Positions 1 through 9,110 of a DNA stretch of 64,000 nt are shown piece after piece. This DNA comes from a virus (Duplodnaviria > Caudoviricetes): positions 192,001-256,000 of IMG/VR virus record IMGVR_UViG_3300033498_000048. One strand, written 5' to 3'. The notes below the pieces were generated by a model. It ran no database searches, was not told the DNA's origin, and saw nothing but the letters and a program-made list of their open reading frames with translations. A program made the position numbers and the translations under genes. Within the stretch, counting starts at the first letter, position 1. The number at the start of each line of letters is the position of its first letter.

Positions 1-21
1 ATTTGAAATCACTGTCAGTAA

Positions 22-373
22 AAAGCTAATGCCAAACTTAGGTCTGACAATTTAACATATAATGGGATTGGATTTTTCGATTCGATTTATCTTGGTGCTA
101 TTAAACACTTAAATCCAGCAGCTACAGACGAACAATATGGCTGATGTGTATTTAGGATATATACCAGATTTAGACGTTTTTGTATCAGTATGGGACTTAT
201 ATGATGATAATACTTTGGGTAATGTTGTGTTTATAAAATTTATTGGTATTGGAAATGCAAAGGTAACTAAATTGCTTGATTTTGGAACATCAGTGTATAA
301 TAAAGATGGGAGCATATCGATACTTGAAAAAGAACTACACAACGATACGATAGTTGATTTTAAATTGGACTAA
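22..373 (+). pseudogene. Frameshifted hypothetical gene, paralog of 24469..24950 (5' part runs off the window)
   Basis: Frame 1 (22-144) reads SDNLTYNGIGFFDSIY and frame 2 (137-373) reads YLGYIPDLDVFVSVWD...GNVVFIK...GNAKV. Both match consecutive segments of the 24.5-kb paralog (PDN-LTYKGIEFFDTIY; YLGYLPKEDLFISGWD...GNLAFVK...GVAKV). Confidence 0.6.
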
Positions 374-376
374 GCT

Positions 377-625
377 ATGAAACAAATAACAAAATATTTA
401 CAAGAAACATTACAATTAATTCCAGATTGGGATTGTAATGATTACTATTATGGTGACTCAAATATAGAAGTTTTACACGATAAGGTTTGGATATGTATTC
501 AGCATATATATGGAGCGTATGTTGTTTTGATAGCCCCAATTAATGAAGCAGCTATAAAGAAAACATTACAAACCGAGGAAGATGTTATTGAATTATTTAA
601 TTCTGTTTCACTAATCATTTCATAG
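377..625 (+). CDS. Hypothetical protein
   Basis: 82-aa ORF directly after the previous gene; no recognised motif. Confidence 0.55.
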   Translation: MKQITKYLQETLQLIPDWDCNDYYYGDSNIEVLHDKVWICIQHIYGAYVVLIAPINEAAIKKTLQTEEDVIELFNSVSLIIS

Positions 626-1301
626 TCCATATTGGGTCAGTAAACACTAAATGAATTTTAGAGCCATTGTATCGCATCATAATATTATTTCCATGTACAT
701 CTGGTTTAAACTTTTTGAACAATGGCTCTAACAATCTAAGTGCATTTTTTAATTTTGGGTCTGGAGTATTAGTCATCATTAATTGTCTATAATTTGAATC
801 TTTAAATCTATTCCACATTGTTTTTATTGGGTCATAATAATCTTCAAATTCAATATCAGTTGGAACCAACCCTAAAACTTGTAACATCTTCAAAACTCGT
901 TCTGGTTCAAAATCCTTAATACTGTTTAGTTTTTCCATTGAAATTAATAATATTTGTTTGCCCTTATATTGTTTATATTCTAAGTTTTGTTGTAGGAATA
1001 TAACATCTTCTGCTGATAATTCAGCACGGTCATATAGTTTAAATCCACGCACTATTGGAAAATATGGATTATCTTGATGGTTAGAACACAATCGTAGAAA
1101 CTGAATTGATGGGTCATTATCTCCAACAACATTAACAACTTTTAAAACCGAGCTAGGTTGCGACTTCATTGAATATACAGTTGATTGTATGCCTGTTCCT
1201 AATACTTCCATATTAGGATTATTGAAGACTCCTGTTATTGGCTTATTTGACTTTGGAATCTCAATTTTCTTTTCTTTTAAGAATGTGTTAAATGTTAGCA
1301 T
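615..1301 (-). CDS. Protein-kinase-like (Ser/Thr/Tyr fold) protein with internal-head-protein-like N-terminus
   Basis: Gly-rich loop LGTGIQSTVY, VLKVV (catalytic Lys), catalytic loop DVHGNNIM, and TDP in the DFG position. N-terminus MLTFNTFLKE. Confidence 0.75.
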   Translation of the reverse strand: MLTFNTFLKEKKIEIPKSNKPITGVFNNPNMEVLGTGIQSTVYSMKSQPSSVLKVVNVVGDNDPSIQFLRLCSNHQDNPYFPIVRGFKLYDRAELSAEDVIFLQQNLEYKQYKGKQILLISMEKLNSIKDFEPERVLKMLQVLGLVPTDIEFEDYYDPIKTMWNRFKDSNYRQLMMTNTPDPKLKNALRLLEPLFKKFKPDVHGNNIMMRYNGSKIHLVFTDPIWTMK

Positions 1302-1303
1302 AG

Positions 1304-1770
1304 TTAATTCGGTGTTAAAAAATAATATGTATCTTCATTGTCATCAACAACCTTATCTAATTTCAGTCCAGGTATAAATTTACTAGCACTATTTGACAAT
1401 CTACTATATAACTTTACCCGACTAGGTTCATTATTAGCAGCACATAATCCAACATGATTAACATTGCCATTAGATTTCAAATATTGTCTGATTGCATCAA
1501 ATACAATTGAAAATATGTAAATTGAATCTGTGCCTGATGGTAACAATTTTGCTGTGAATTTTCCATCTTTATCGGTTCTATCAAATGATATATGCAAGTA
1601 GTTGTATCTGAAACTTTTTAGATTTTTCATGGAAAATAAAAGATACTCGAATTGTGTATTCTCCATCATCGTAAGAATATAGGGTAGAATCGCTACTCTT
1701 AATTTCGATAGAAAATTTTATGTCATTTGAATTTCATTTCTTTCAAATATTCATTGAACGGTAATATCAA
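1304..1770 (-). pseudogene. EPSRVKLY-family paralog 1, broken by two frameshifts
   Basis: TTG at 1770 gives MILPFNEYLKEMKFK*; a second frame gives SNDIKFSIEIK...YTIRVSFIF; the track ORF 1304..1669 supplies the C-terminus with ANNEPSRVKLY. The pieces are collinear with paralog 2297..2827. CATAAATA late-promoter-like motif at 1783-1790. Confidence 0.6.
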
Positions 1771-1791
1771 CTCAAAAATAATTATTTATGT

Positions 1792-2280
1792 TTAGTTACA
1801 TTTCAACAGATAATATTCATTATAATTGAAAGTTTTTTCTACTGAGTTTAAGTTGCGACTAAATTTTGTGATGTTTTTATATATTCTGTCATATAATTTC
1901 ACCCTGGATGGTTCATCTGCATCAGCCGAAAAAACAATATAATCGTGGTTTTTTGATTCAATTGAAATTACTTGGGTAACTAATGAAAGGATAATATATT
2001 CGCTATTATTGCTGTTGGTGATTTCGTATTCACCATTTGTTGAAAATTCAACTCCACAAACACGTTCATTATCCGAAAATCGTTTATTAAATATGTCGTT
2101 AAGTAAATTTATATCCATGCCAAAAAACTTAACTTGGATTATGATATTCCCATTCAATGGAATATCATAATTTATATGTCCATACTTAACATATCTTTTA
2201 AACTTAAAACCATTCAGGTTGTATCTGGTTAATGTTACCTCGGAAATATAATCTTTAAACTTTAACATTTTATTGTCCAC
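1792..2280 (-). CDS. EPSRVKLY-family paralog 2
   Basis: Motif FSADADEPSRVKLYDR; N-terminus MLKFKDYISE. Confidence 0.75.
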   Translation of the reverse strand: MDNKMLKFKDYISEVTLTRYNLNGFKFKRYVKYGHINYDIPLNGNIIIQVKFFGMDINLLNDIFNKRFSDNERVCGVEFSTNGEYEITNSNNSEYIILSLVTQVISIESKNHDYIVFSADADEPSRVKLYDRIYKNITKFSRNLNSVEKTFNYNEYYLLKCN

Positions 2281-2296
2281 ATTTGTTTTACGAATG

Positions 2297-2827
2297 TTAC
2301 TTGGAAAGGAAATACCATTTAGCCGAGTGACTGTTAATTATTCTCTTATTAGTGAATCCAGTTAAATATTTTTCTGCCTGTTTAAAAAACCTATCATACA
2401 ATTTTACTCTGCTAGGTTCACTAAAGTCGGCTGAAAACTCAATAGTTTCAACTTGTGAATTACCTTTTAAGTATTGTCTTAATGCCTCTAGTACGACTGA
2501 AAATATTGTAATAGCAGCACCACCACTTGGAATAATACCCCACCCTTCTTGGTCATCTCGCTTAAACGTAACATCCACCATATTTTCAATGAAAACTGGT
2601 ACATCCACCATATTTTCAGTGGAAACTGGTGCATCCATATGATAATCTTTGTATTTTTTGAAAAAACGGAAGGTTATCTTTAGTGGTATATCACCAATGT
2701 AACATTTGTAATAGGTGTTATTACCTGCTGATGTAATGGTAAAATCCATTTCCACACCAAGACTGAACGACATTTCATCCAATTTGTGTTGTTGTGTTAA
2801 TATAAACTGATTAAATGTCTTCATCAT
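2297..2827 (-). CDS. EPSRVKLY-family paralog 3
   Basis: Motif FSADFSEPSRVKLYDR; N-terminus MMKTFNQFIL; TATAAATA at 2845-2852. Confidence 0.75.
   Translation of the reverse strand: MMKTFNQFILTQQHKLDEMSFSLGVEMDFTITSAGNNTYYKCYIGDIPLKITFRFFKKYKDYHMDAPVSTENMVDVPVFIENMVDVTFKRDDQEGWGIIPSGGAAITIFSVVLEALRQYLKGNSQVETIEFSADFSEPSRVKLYDRFFKQAEKYLTGFTNKRIINSHSAKWYFLSK
2571..2630. repeat. 30-bp in-frame tandem duplication (ENMVDV twice)
   Basis: acatccaccatattttcaatgaaaactggt followed by acatccaccatattttcagtggaaactggt. Confidence 0.9.
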
Positions 2828-2931
2828 ACTAACCTAAAAACTATTATTTATATTAAATCATTTCAATATTATGTTGACTTGAGTAGCTTGTAGGTGTAAA
2901 TTGCACACAATAACAACAAAGGGCTTTAATC

Positions 2932-3297
2932 ATGTATGAAATTATTGTAGCAGTTGAACAAGGACACGATGGTGATGACCAATCAGAATTTCCAATAGAA
3001 ACATTGGAAATTGACCAATCAAAATCTTTAGATGAAGCTAATGAAAATGTACGCAGGATAAAAGCCTATGATGATTTTGCAGCTATCCACAACCATCCTC
3101 ACATATACAAAGATGAGTTAAATACTCCTCGACCAGATTGTATGACCGAAAATGGTGATTTATTATTGGTGTCTGGAGGTAAAATTGTGGTTGTACCATC
3201 ATGTGAGGTTGGCTTTGGTGGATATTATGATTGTATTATATCAATTGGTATATCGCTTCCATCAAATTTAAGAAAGGCATCGCAATCTAAAATTTAA
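2932..3297 (+). CDS. Hypothetical protein
   Basis: 121-aa ORF, preceded by an RBS-like AGGG and a sigma70-like TTGACT-17-TAAATT at about 2875-2903. Confidence 0.6.
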   Translation: MYEIIVAVEQGHDGDDQSEFPIETLEIDQSKSLDEANENVRRIKAYDDFAAIHNHPHIYKDELNTPRPDCMTENGDLLLVSGGKIVVVPSCEVGFGGYYDCIISIGISLPSNLRKASQSKI

Positions 3298-3317
3298 CTA
3301 TTCTTACAGGATAAATC

Positions 3318-3593
3318 ATGTCAAAAATAAAAATTCACACAATTAAAAAAGTTACAACATCGAGAATAAGCAACAGTCCAGACCGTGAATATACACAAGA
3401 GGGTACACTTGCCGAACTGATAGAGTATTATAGCTATACACTAGAAACGGGTAGAAGTTATGGACATGAACGTGGAAATAAAAAGATTAATGTTAAACCA
3501 AAAACAATAGGTACATTAATCACAAACCTCAACAATGCTGTAAACAACGTAGCCTCAGACGGGTACTCAATGACAACTTATGAATTAATCTAA
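3318..3593 (+). CDS. Hypothetical phage protein
   Basis: 91-aa ORF with AGGA RBS. Confidence 0.65.
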   Translation: MSKIKIHTIKKVTTSRISNSPDREYTQEGTLAELIEYYSYTLETGRSYGHERGNKKINVKPKTIGTLITNLNNAVNNVASDGYSMTTYELI

Positions 3594-3956
3594 TTGGTTG
3601 TGAGTTATATTCCATAGTAAGCTCACAATCAGTAATATGTATTAAACTAATAATCGGATTGGTTTATTGTAACCATGCAATGTGTTATTAGACAAGTCTG
3701 TGGTATTTACACAAAATACCTATTCCAATATAAAAACATCCAAGTTCATTATACGCTCAATAAATTTTGAATCTACAATTAACACTTTAAATATTCTAGG
3801 TTTTTTGAATATGTGCGAATTAATATTTTCATAGTTCGCATACAATCATCAAAAGAATCATATTGTCGTAAATATTGCGATTCCATACTCAACGTATATT
3901 CTAGCGAGCTAAGTTCTGTAATATCTTTATTAACAACTTTTCACGATGTTTATCCA

Positions 3957-5240
3957 TTAATCACATCTTGGAATCATACCTCTTATCCAATGTAACTCTG
4001 GTTCCACTTTATTCCTATCAATAGAATATGTTTTAATACCATCATTCCAAAATTCTTTTTTAGCAGCATTCGGTTTATTTTTCTTTAATCTTGGTTTCAT
4101 TCCTTTAATCCAATGTGATTCTGGTACGTCATCAACCGAAATAAAATAGTTTTTAATTCCATCGTTCCAATAAACCATTTCACCTGCTTTACGTTTTAAA
4201 TCCGAATTAACATTCCTTTCTAATCCACCCTCATTCCAACCATCTCCAGGATGTTCTTTAAATTTCTTAGTGATAATCCCATTATTGTAAGATTTTGACC
4301 CAATGTTAGCCTGTTTAGCTTTAATGGCATTCTCAATGTACATTCTAGTTAAAGCCTCAGTTTTTTTAGCTCCAAGGTTTAATAGCTTGACATCTGGATT
4401 ATCAGTAGTAGTCCAACCATAAGGTGTAATTCCATCTGGGTGATAATAAAATTGTTTTCCTGACATTGCTTGTGAGTGTTTCTTTTTTTCTATTACAAAT
4501 CGGTATTCACGGCTTTCTGAGTCCAAATATGGCATCCACCCTTGTGCTAAATATTCGTTTAAATCTATTTCATTAATTACAAACTTCTTATCAATATCAA
4601 GAAAGTACAATTTAATCTTTTTTAGATTATCTTTAGCGTTGCTCATTAATTGTTTGGATTCATTGGACATTTTATATCCCATATTATTTCCAACTAAATT
4701 TAGTTTTTTAATTAACGGACTATCTGTTTGTAAATAAAAACGATTACCAAGCTCGTCTTTATAAGTTGACTTATTCTTATGGAATTGTGAATGATATTTT
4801 TTTAGTGGAACTCTAATACTAGCTAGGTATCTTATTTGGACACAAGTAGGGATTAATCTATATGATAGTCTTGAATTGGTATTAGAATTGAAATTATATA
4901 GCATACAAAATAACGCATTAGTTTGTGAACCTTTATATGTTTTGTGTAACAATATGTGAGCTATAATGTGTTGTCTTGATGTTAGTTTAACTTTATTCCA
5001 ACTATGCAAATTGAAATTGGAATATTGTGGAAATAAGTCTTTTGCTTTAGGGCAAATGTGATGATATTCAACGTAATCATTTACATTTAACGATTCGTTA
5101 GCAATTTTACAATGATTTATTAATTTGATATATCTATTAAGATAATGTGAATTGTGTTTTTTTGAACTTAGAATGGTTTGTATGTCTTCCATTAATAACT
5201 TCCGTTTTAGTTTAGTGACTATACCGTAATTATAACACAA
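3957..5240 (-). CDS. Free-standing HNH homing endonuclease with C-terminal NUMOD-like repeats
   Basis: YVEYHHICPK...NKVKLTSRQHIIAHILL is an HNH-type motif. C-terminal repeats YNNG/WNDG...P...W..G occur three times. Start may be the ATG of MEDIQ. Confidence 0.8.
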   Translation of the reverse strand: MCYNYGIVTKLKRKLLMEDIQTILSSKKHNSHYLNRYIKLINHCKIANESLNVNDYVEYHHICPKAKDLFPQYSNFNLHSWNKVKLTSRQHIIAHILLHKTYKGSQTNALFCMLYNFNSNTNSRLSYRLIPTCVQIRYLASIRVPLKKYHSQFHKNKSTYKDELGNRFYLQTDSPLIKKLNLVGNNMGYKMSNESKQLMSNAKDNLKKIKLYFLDIDKKFVINEIDLNEYLAQGWMPYLDSESREYRFVIEKKKHSQAMSGKQFYYHPDGITPYGWTTTDNPDVKLLNLGAKKTEALTRMYIENAIKAKQANIGSKSYNNGIITKKFKEHPGDGWNEGGLERNVNSDLKRKAGEMVYWNDGIKNYFISVDDVPESHWIKGMKPRLKKNKPNAAKKEFWNDGIKTYSIDRNKVEPELHWIRGMIPRCD

Positions 5241-5276
5241 AAATAAGCCTGTAAAGACGAAAAACTTTACAGGCTT
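5236..5276 (-). terminator. Rho-independent terminator after gp23
   Basis: Perfect 12-bp stem aagcctgtaaag/ctttacaggctt with an 8-nt loop, followed by a U-rich run on the minus strand. Confidence 0.8.
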
Positions 5277-5303
5277 GTAAGTTATTGATTTACAACAACA
5301 ATT

Positions 5304-6485
5304 CTATAAAAGATTTGAAACTTTTATTTTCCGATAATATACGTTTTGATTAGCACTTAAGCTAGTGAATGGATTAGCGATAATCCCGTAACGGGTTTTG
5401 AAACCGATAGCAGGTTGGAACGAATCCACGCTAGTAGCTCTAACCATTTGCAATGGAACATAAGGACAATAGAACACACCTGCGTCATAAGCATTTGAGC
5501 CTTTATAGCCAACAACGTATGAATCTGAGCCTAAATATGGATCCACATATACTTTATACCGACCCATTTGACCAGCATAAGTAGTACCAGTAACATCGAC
5601 TTCTAGTGCAGTATTAGCTTGGAGGTTAGGGTTATAATCTAACAATCCAGCCATAACTAGAGCAGATGCAATATCAGCACCAGTAATTAAGATATTACCT
5701 TTACCACGTCTGGTTTCTGCTGCGATAGCATTAGCATCGCGTTCAATAGCAAACAATAGCCCTTTATACCGTTCTAAAGACCATCTACCATCTGAATCAG
5801 CTTGGAGGTTAAATGTACCAGGAACACCTGTCCATTGCGCTCCAGGTTTAGCAACAGAATAGATTTTACGGATAACTTCTCTGTTATTTTCAGCGATAAT
5901 TTCAGTGGATAAAATATTGCTTAATTCATTTTCGGCATCTAAACCATGTAAAGCTCTTAAATCTTGTGCTAACTCCATTGAGTAGTCAGCTCTTAATTGT
6001 CTAGTTTGTGCTGTAACCGAGGTTTTCTCGATTGTCATTGACATACTATTCCAAGCATCTGCTTCGCCATCTGCTGTAACTTTACCAGTTCCTGTTGAAT
6101 ACAATGGGTCGTATGGGTCTGTACCAACTTGTGTACCTGCTCCAGAGAAAGCAGAATCGGTTTCTTGGAACAATGCTTCAGCACCAGTTTTATTTGTGTA
6201 TCTAGCTCGCATAGCAAACACTAAACCAGTTGGACCAGTCATTGGTTGTACACCACAAACATCATAAGCAATTAGTTTTGGAGCCATCCGTCTTACCAAT
6301 GAGATAAGAATAGGATTCCATTGGTCTACGTTTCCAGTGTTAGATACGTTTGACACTTCATTCAAAAATCGTTCTTGATTTTCTAATAATTGTGCTGTTA
6401 CTTTTCTTCTATGTTCATCTAAAATAGGAGCAGCCTTTTCAGTGTTTAAAAGTCTATCCCATTTTTCAACTAATTGTGAACTCAT
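5304..6485 (-). CDS. gp23: Major capsid protein (T4 gp23 family)
   Basis: LISLVRR..P.LIAYDVCGVQPMTGPTGLVFAMR; YCPYVPLQM; FQPAIGFKTRYG. Confidence 0.98.
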   Translation of the reverse strand: MSSQLVEKWDRLLNTEKAAPILDEHRRKVTAQLLENQERFLNEVSNVSNTGNVDQWNPILISLVRRMAPKLIAYDVCGVQPMTGPTGLVFAMRARYTNKTGAEALFQETDSAFSGAGTQVGTDPYDPLYSTGTGKVTADGEADAWNSMSMTIEKTSVTAQTRQLRADYSMELAQDLRALHGLDAENELSNILSTEIIAENNREVIRKIYSVAKPGAQWTGVPGTFNLQADSDGRWSLERYKGLLFAIERDANAIAAETRRGKGNILITGADIASALVMAGLLDYNPNLQANTALEVDVTGTTYAGQMGRYKVYVDPYLGSDSYVVGYKGSNAYDAGVFYCPYVPLQMVRATSVDSFQPAIGFKTRYGIIANPFTSLSANQNVYYRKIKVSNLL

Positions 6486-6517
6486 TTGTTAAATCTCCTA
6501 AAAGTTTTTAATTGTTA

Positions 6518-6525
6518 TATTTATA
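6518..6525 (-). promoter_or_regulatory. T4-type late promoter TATAAATA upstream of gp23
   Basis: Exact consensus 33 nt upstream of the start. The same motif occurs at 2845, 9100 and 51592 (minus) and at 26676, 31950 and 56403 (plus). CATAAATA variants occur at 1783, 10638, 50206 and 62852. Confidence 0.8.
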
Positions 6526-6543
6526 ATTTAATTGAATTTGGAT

Positions 6544-7578
6544 TTACTTAAAACAATTAATATATCTGTTCATTTTGTCATGTTCCGAACCAGTGTTATT
6601 GGTAGGTGTAGTATTTACTTCATCAAACAAAGCCATTTTGATTATAGTTTCTGTATTGGATTCATTGATTAAACGTTTGTTAGTGTTAGTGTTAGCTTTG
6701 GCAACTGTTCTTGTTGGAGGTGAAACAACTTCTTCAATCATCAATTCAACACCACGCTTATATTCAGAATCATTTGAGAATCTCATATTTTCAACTAGAC
6801 TTTCAATTTTTTCTTTTTGTGTGTCAGTTAAATTTCGAGTTGTTTGTTCCAAAACCAACTTTCTATTTAATTCAGAGTTTTTACGTTTTATATTTGCCAT
6901 TTCAAGTAATACTTTATTATGCTCTGTAATACTTTCACCTAATTTGTGTTTTACATCATTGACAGTATTATCTGGATTCAATTGAAATAAATGTCTTGAA
7001 AAGGTTTCTTGTATATCAGCAAATACAGATTTCATATTTCTATAATCAACTGATTCAACCATAGCTTCCATGTTTTCAGAAATGAAATGAGAAACAACAT
7101 AATCCAAATATTGGTCAACTTCGTCAGTCAAGCTTTCAAGTACATATTCACCATAAGATTCAGCAGCTTCTGATAACTTTTGTTTTTCAGCTTCATATTC
7201 AGAACTTAAGTATTGTCCATACGCTTCTGCCTTTTCTGATATTGTTTTCTCAACATATTTTCCATAAGCATTTGCTTGTTCGGTCAATTTAGTGTGTTCC
7301 GATAACGCATAATCACTATATTCAGAAATATTGCTTTCTAAACCATTTAACTTGGAATCATATCCATTTTTAACATAATCTCCATAGGATTCACCTATTT
7401 TCTTTAATCGTTCAACTTCCTCTGTTAAATTGTGTATAGTTTCCTTATAAATGGATTGTTTTTCGGCAACACGTTCAGTTATAGCGGATTCTACCATTAA
7501 CCTTAAATTAACAAGAACATCATCTGAAAGATTGTTCTCACCTAAAAGTTGAGATACTTGTTCCTTTGTTATACTCAT
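6544..7578 (-). CDS. gp22: Prohead core scaffold protein (gp22)
   Basis: Lies between gp21 and gp23; acidic coiled coil; VDQYLDYVV and LTDTQKEKI.SLVE motifs. Confidence 0.85.
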   Translation of the reverse strand: MSITKEQVSQLLGENNLSDDVLVNLRLMVESAITERVAEKQSIYKETIHNLTEEVERLKKIGESYGDYVKNGYDSKLNGLESNISEYSDYALSEHTKLTEQANAYGKYVEKTISEKAEAYGQYLSSEYEAEKQKLSEAAESYGEYVLESLTDEVDQYLDYVVSHFISENMEAMVESVDYRNMKSVFADIQETFSRHLFQLNPDNTVNDVKHKLGESITEHNKVLLEMANIKRKNSELNRKLVLEQTTRNLTDTQKEKIESLVENMRFSNDSEYKRGVELMIEEVVSPPTRTVAKANTNTNKRLINESNTETIIKMALFDEVNTTPTNNTGSEHDKMNRYINCFK

Positions 7579-7589
7579 TTACATACCCC

Positions 7590-8249
7590 TTATTTAATAT
7601 TTGTTAAAACATAATCAAAGATTTGTCTTAAACCTTCGGTGTTTAATTGATTATTTCTACTCATGGTATTTATAGTTTTTTTGATTTCAGATTCGTGTTC
7701 TATTAACGAACCATTATTCCAATACCATTCTTTATTTTCCATTAGACCAGAAACTAAAGCGTCTGGAGCAGATGGGTCTGAAACAATATCAGCTGCTGTA
7801 ACTAGGAAAAAATCATCACATACAACTTTAACACCATTTTTTTCAGATAATGAACCCAAGCCTCTTGATGATACTCCAATTTGTACATTATCTTTCAGCA
7901 ATCCTTGAACAATTAAACCATTGGGTGTATCTAAAATTAAAGCTTTCCCTATATAATTATCACCATCTTCTATTAAACTAATAATTTTGTGTGATGCGTT
8001 TTTATAAGAAACAACTGGGGAATCAGGATGTTCCAATTCCCCACAAGCTCTATTGGTATTTACAAACTCTTTGATGTATCTCTGAACTTCATTTTTCATT
8101 ATATCTTTTGGATATAATCTACCATTCCGATTTTTAATATTAGATTGTAAGAATATTCCCCCAATATAATATCGTTTTAATCCAACTTCATTTTCTTCAA
8201 TTAGTATGTTAGTTGAGTCTAATTCAGTAGATTCTCTTAGTAATTTCAT
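7590..8249 (-). CDS. gp21: Prohead protease (gp21)
   Basis: GIFLQSNIKNRNGRLYP; ACGELEHP; GVSSRGLGS; DIVSDPSAPDA. Confidence 0.97.
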   Translation of the reverse strand: MKLLRESTELDSTNILIEENEVGLKRYYIGGIFLQSNIKNRNGRLYPKDIMKNEVQRYIKEFVNTNRACGELEHPDSPVVSYKNASHKIISLIEDGDNYIGKALILDTPNGLIVQGLLKDNVQIGVSSRGLGSLSEKNGVKVVCDDFFLVTAADIVSDPSAPDALVSGLMENKEWYWNNGSLIEHESEIKKTINTMSRNNQLNTEGLRQIFDYVLTNIK

Positions 8250-8258
8250 GTAAATTCC

Positions 8259-9068
8259 TTAACGGTACAATCCCATTTTTGCGCCCTTTTTACGAGTTTT
8301 TGATGCTTTCATAGCGGAACGATGTTTCTCAGATGAACTTTTGCTAGCAGCCAATCTTTGCATTTTTTTAGATGCTAATCTGGAAGCCATTTTATCTGCT
8401 CCAGTTTTAGTTGCTAACTTGCCATTTACGACCTTTTGGTTTTTACCGTGTTCTAATCGTTTTATGACCTTTCCACCTGCACCTAAATGACGACTAATCT
8501 TTTCGTCTAGGTGATAAGATTCACCCATCCAATCTTTCCATTCCATATTATCGACTTGTGCGCCCATATCAAAAGAGCCATCATCGTATGGAAACAAATC
8601 TACTGTGTAATTATCATATTCAGTTTCATCTATAACTCCAGTTATATCTGGGTTTAATTCAATGTCAAAAGTAAATGTATAATTACCATCATCATCAATG
8701 TCATCAATATCGACTTCAGTTGAATATCCTTTAAGTCTATCATTATAAGTTGCTCTCAATTCATAATCATAAACATCATCATCGGAATCAAGATAATCTG
8801 CAAAATCAAAAGCAGCTTGTTTATTCCTCAAATGTAATTCAATTATTCCATCTACATATGAACCAGAATCTGAACCGAAACCTCTAGCTGCAACTTGTAT
8901 TCTAGTAACAACTTCCATTTCTTCATCGGTATAAACTGACCCCTCTGTTATTGTTCGAGCTTTGCGAACCAATCTTTTTTCCAATTCACCTCGGATAGTG
9001 CTGTTAAATTCAATAGAGTTATTTTCTCTTAAATGTTTTTTAACATAATCTTTAAATTGTAGTAACAT
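8259..9068 (-). CDS. Probable prohead core protein (gp67/gp68 position)
   Basis: Lies between gp20 and gp21; acidic middle and Lys/Arg-rich tail; own TATAAATA at 9100-9107. Confidence 0.55.
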   Translation of the reverse strand: MLLQFKDYVKKHLRENNSIEFNSTIRGELEKRLVRKARTITEGSVYTDEEMEVVTRIQVAARGFGSDSGSYVDGIIELHLRNKQAAFDFADYLDSDDDVYDYELRATYNDRLKGYSTEVDIDDIDDDGNYTFTFDIELNPDITGVIDETEYDNYTVDLFPYDDGSFDMGAQVDNMEWKDWMGESYHLDEKISRHLGAGGKVIKRLEHGKNQKVVNGKLATKTGADKMASRLASKKMQRLAASKSSSEKHRSAMKASKTRKKGAKMGLYR

Positions 9069-9110
9069 ATTGTCTCCAGTGTAATATTAATCATTAATAT
9101 ATTTATAAAA

